Origin: Candidatus Bathyarchaeia archaeon
Lineage (GTDB): Archaea > Thermoproteota > Bathyarchaeia > Bathyarchaeales > Bathycorpusculaceae
Direction of reading: 5' to 3'
NCBI GenBank assembly: GCA_038883715.1
Contig: JAVZLS010000019.1
Coordinates: forward strand, 1 to 17,132
Length of the DNA stretch: 17,132 bases
Shown: positions 15,350 through 17,132 of the stretch, in pieces
Layout of the letters: each line of letters begins with the position of its first letter
Numbering within the stretch: position 1 is the first letter of the stretch
Notes under the pieces: generated by a model
Databases searched by the model: none
Seen by the model: only the letters and a program-made list of their open reading frames with translations
What the model was told of the DNA's origin: nothing
Position numbers and translations under genes: made by a program

Positions 15350-16273
15350 ATGGGCAGGCGTAAACCCTATTTTGAGTGGTGGATGGAAAGGATAAGAACG
15401 TTAAAAGGATACCAAAAAGAGGCTGAGCAACTATACAACCTAACAAAGTTAGCGTACCCAGCTCACTCTTGGACTATACTCAAGCTCTCAATCTTAGCTT
15501 ATTATATTGACCTTTACACTGTCATAATAAAGTCACGTTATGAACACGCTTTCTATCTTGATTTGTGTGCTGGATGTGGTTTAAATCGCATAGAGGAAAC
15601 GGGCGATATAGTTTTAGGTTCTGCGTGTATCGCTGACCGAATACCAAGGGTTGATAAAAAATTTGATCAATTAATTCTATTTGAACAAGACGAACAAAGG
15701 GCTGCTGCAATTAAAAAAATCCTGCCAACAGCAAGAGTAGAAAATGCCGATTCAAACAGCCCTATACTTACCAATATTTTGCGCGGAATTGACAATGTCC
15801 CGCGGAGTCATTTTCTTGCTTTTGTTGACCCTGAAGCTGATGAAATTTATTGGGCAACTATAGAGACTTTATTGAAAACACGGGGTGATATTTTAATAAA
15901 CTACATGTGTACCAGCATCAGACGTATATGGGGAAACGCTTGTAGAGGCGAGGAGAAATTTATTGAAAGAATGAATAGATTCTTTGGCGATGATTCTTGG
16001 AGGTCTTGCGTGCAAGCTGAGGATCTTTTTACAATATATCTTGAAAAGATTCAGAGACATAAAGAGGTGGTTATTCCAATTGAGGTAAAGGGACCTAAAG
16101 GCTTTCATTATCACGTCATAGTTGCCGTAAGAAAAACAAAAGGAGCCCAGCAGTGGATTCAAGCAATCGAAAAAGCAAAATACAGCATAGAAAAGGCAAG
16201 TCATGAAGACGCGGAAGAGTTTTTACGCATATTTTCAGGGAAACAAAAAACTCTTGATATGTCTTTATGTTAA
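15350..16273 (+). CDS. tcmP: Three-Cys-motif partner protein TcmP-like, class I SAM-binding methyltransferase fold
   Basis: N-terminal WTILKLSILAYY, motif I FYLDLCAGCG, GS, LILFE, FLAFVDP, DILINY, FFGDDSW. ATG lies 1 nt after the radical SAM stop. Confidence 0.78.
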   Translation: MGRRKPYFEWWMERIRTLKGYQKEAEQLYNLTKLAYPAHSWTILKLSILAYYIDLYTVIIKSRYEHAFYLDLCAGCGLNRIEETGDIVLGSACIADRIPRVDKKFDQLILFEQDEQRAAAIKKILPTARVENADSNSPILTNILRGIDNVPRSHFLAFVDPEADEIYWATIETLLKTRGDILINYMCTSIRRIWGNACRGEEKFIERMNRFFGDDSWRSCVQAEDLFTIYLEKIQRHKEVVIPIEVKGPKGFHYHVIVAVRKTKGAQQWIQAIEKAKYSIEKASHEDAEEFLRIFSGKQKTLDMSLC

Positions 16274-16548
16274 AACTGTGAAATATACCACAATGAAAGA
16301 TTAGTGGCGCCATACAAGGCGTTTATTGCTTCTCTATCTTAAACTGAAAACAAGCTTCTGTGAAAGGCTGATATTCTTGCCTCATTTTTTATTTCTATGG
16401 CTCTAACGATGTCTTGCGGAAAATCATTTTGCTTCCCTTTAAATTCCTTCATTGCTTCGCTTACTCTGGCAATTCTTATATTGGCTAAAGTTTTTCCGTT
16501 ATGCTTACTTTTGATTCAACTAATTAAGAATTTTCACATGAAATTATA

Positions 16549-17132
16549 CTATGATAGGAGATGTATGTTGCCTAGACGTACTCGTTTTAGGTGTTTTTGT
16601 GCGGCTTTTTGGCATTCTGTTGCTTGTTTTCTGCTTGTTGTTGGCAAGTCGTTCATGACATAGCATGGGTAAAATGCTAAAAGCGTGTAGGGGATTTCTG
16701 GGTTCATTTGGCTTATGAATTGGGCTATTTTTTCGACTTCTTCTGCGTCCACATATCCTGGCACAAGTAGCGTGCTTGCCGTTAGGACTGGCAGTTCTGG
16801 GCGTTTCGCATAACATTTTTCGCCTATCATTTTGAAGTTTTGTAGAGATGGTTTGTTGGATACTCCGCATAGGGCTATGGCTAGTGGTTCGCTCCATGCT
16901 TTCAAGTCGAATTTTATGTTTCCTCCGCTTTTTAGGGCTAGTTCTGCGGCTTTCTCCGCCAGTTTTGGGTTCATGTAGCCGTTGGTTTCCCAGCAGACTC
17001 GCATGATTCGCTTTTCCTCTTCTGCCTTTTCCATGGCTATGCGGCTTGCTTCTAGCGAGTGTGGCATCTGCGGGGACGGGTCTCCTCCAAAATAGCATAT
17101 GCATGAAACCCTTTTGTCGAAGGCTTTTTGGG
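16549..17132 (-). CDS. PflA-like (glycyl-radical activase-related) radical SAM protein, 5' part outside the window
   Basis: The frame is open to the right edge: QKAFDKRVSCICYFGGDPSPQ, CWETNG, IKFDLKA, STLLVPGY, LLAFYP, VRLGNIHLL. The CxxxCxxC motif would lie outside the window. Confidence 0.85.
   Translation of the reverse strand, partial: QKAFDKRVSCICYFGGDPSPQMPHSLEASRIAMEKAEEEKRIMRVCWETNGYMNPKLAEKAAELALKSGGNIKFDLKAWSEPLAIALCGVSNKPSLQNFKMIGEKCYAKRPELPVLTASTLLVPGYVDAEEVEKIAQFISQMNPEIPYTLLAFYPCYVMNDLPTTSRKQATECQKAAQKHLKRVRLGNIHLLS

Noticed and set aside
14310-16556. 9-bp inverted repeat TATCATAGT (14310-14318) / ACTATGATA (16548-16556) as mobile-element ends
   Set aside because: It is short and AT-rich, the right copy overlaps a host stop codon, and there is no target duplication, transposase or integrase.
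16544-17104. 186-aa minus-strand alternative-frame ORF
   Set aside because: It overlaps the PflA-like frame that carries the recognisable motifs.

Overview
Archaeal chromosomal window. Topo VI A/B, aIF5B, ABCE1, Cgi121 and TATA-type promoters make it archaeal; a TACK/Bathyarchaeia-like origin is only my impression. From left to right: a minus-strand histidine-utilisation operon (ftcD-hutI-hutU, with hutU running off the left edge); a purine PRTase with cgi121; a stand-alone THUMP gene; an isoaspartyl peptidase/asparaginase; ABCE1-cdd-top6B-top6A; a small membrane protein; infB; an AT-richer two-gene cassette (SplB-like radical SAM plus TcmP-like SAM-binding protein); and a partial PflA-like radical SAM gene at the right edge. 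Features not shown by the ORF track: (1) a 24-aa (E4W)-repeat micropeptide gene with a strong RBS and an apparently structured leader just upstream of ABCE1; (2) a candidate box C/D guide sRNA upstream of the THUMP gene, with both guides resembling complements of conserved rRNA; (3) an apparent ACG start codon for the asparaginase. The best candidates for an uncharacterised system are the radical SAM/TcmP cassette and the acidic micropeptide. All family calls are from motif recognition; no searches were run.
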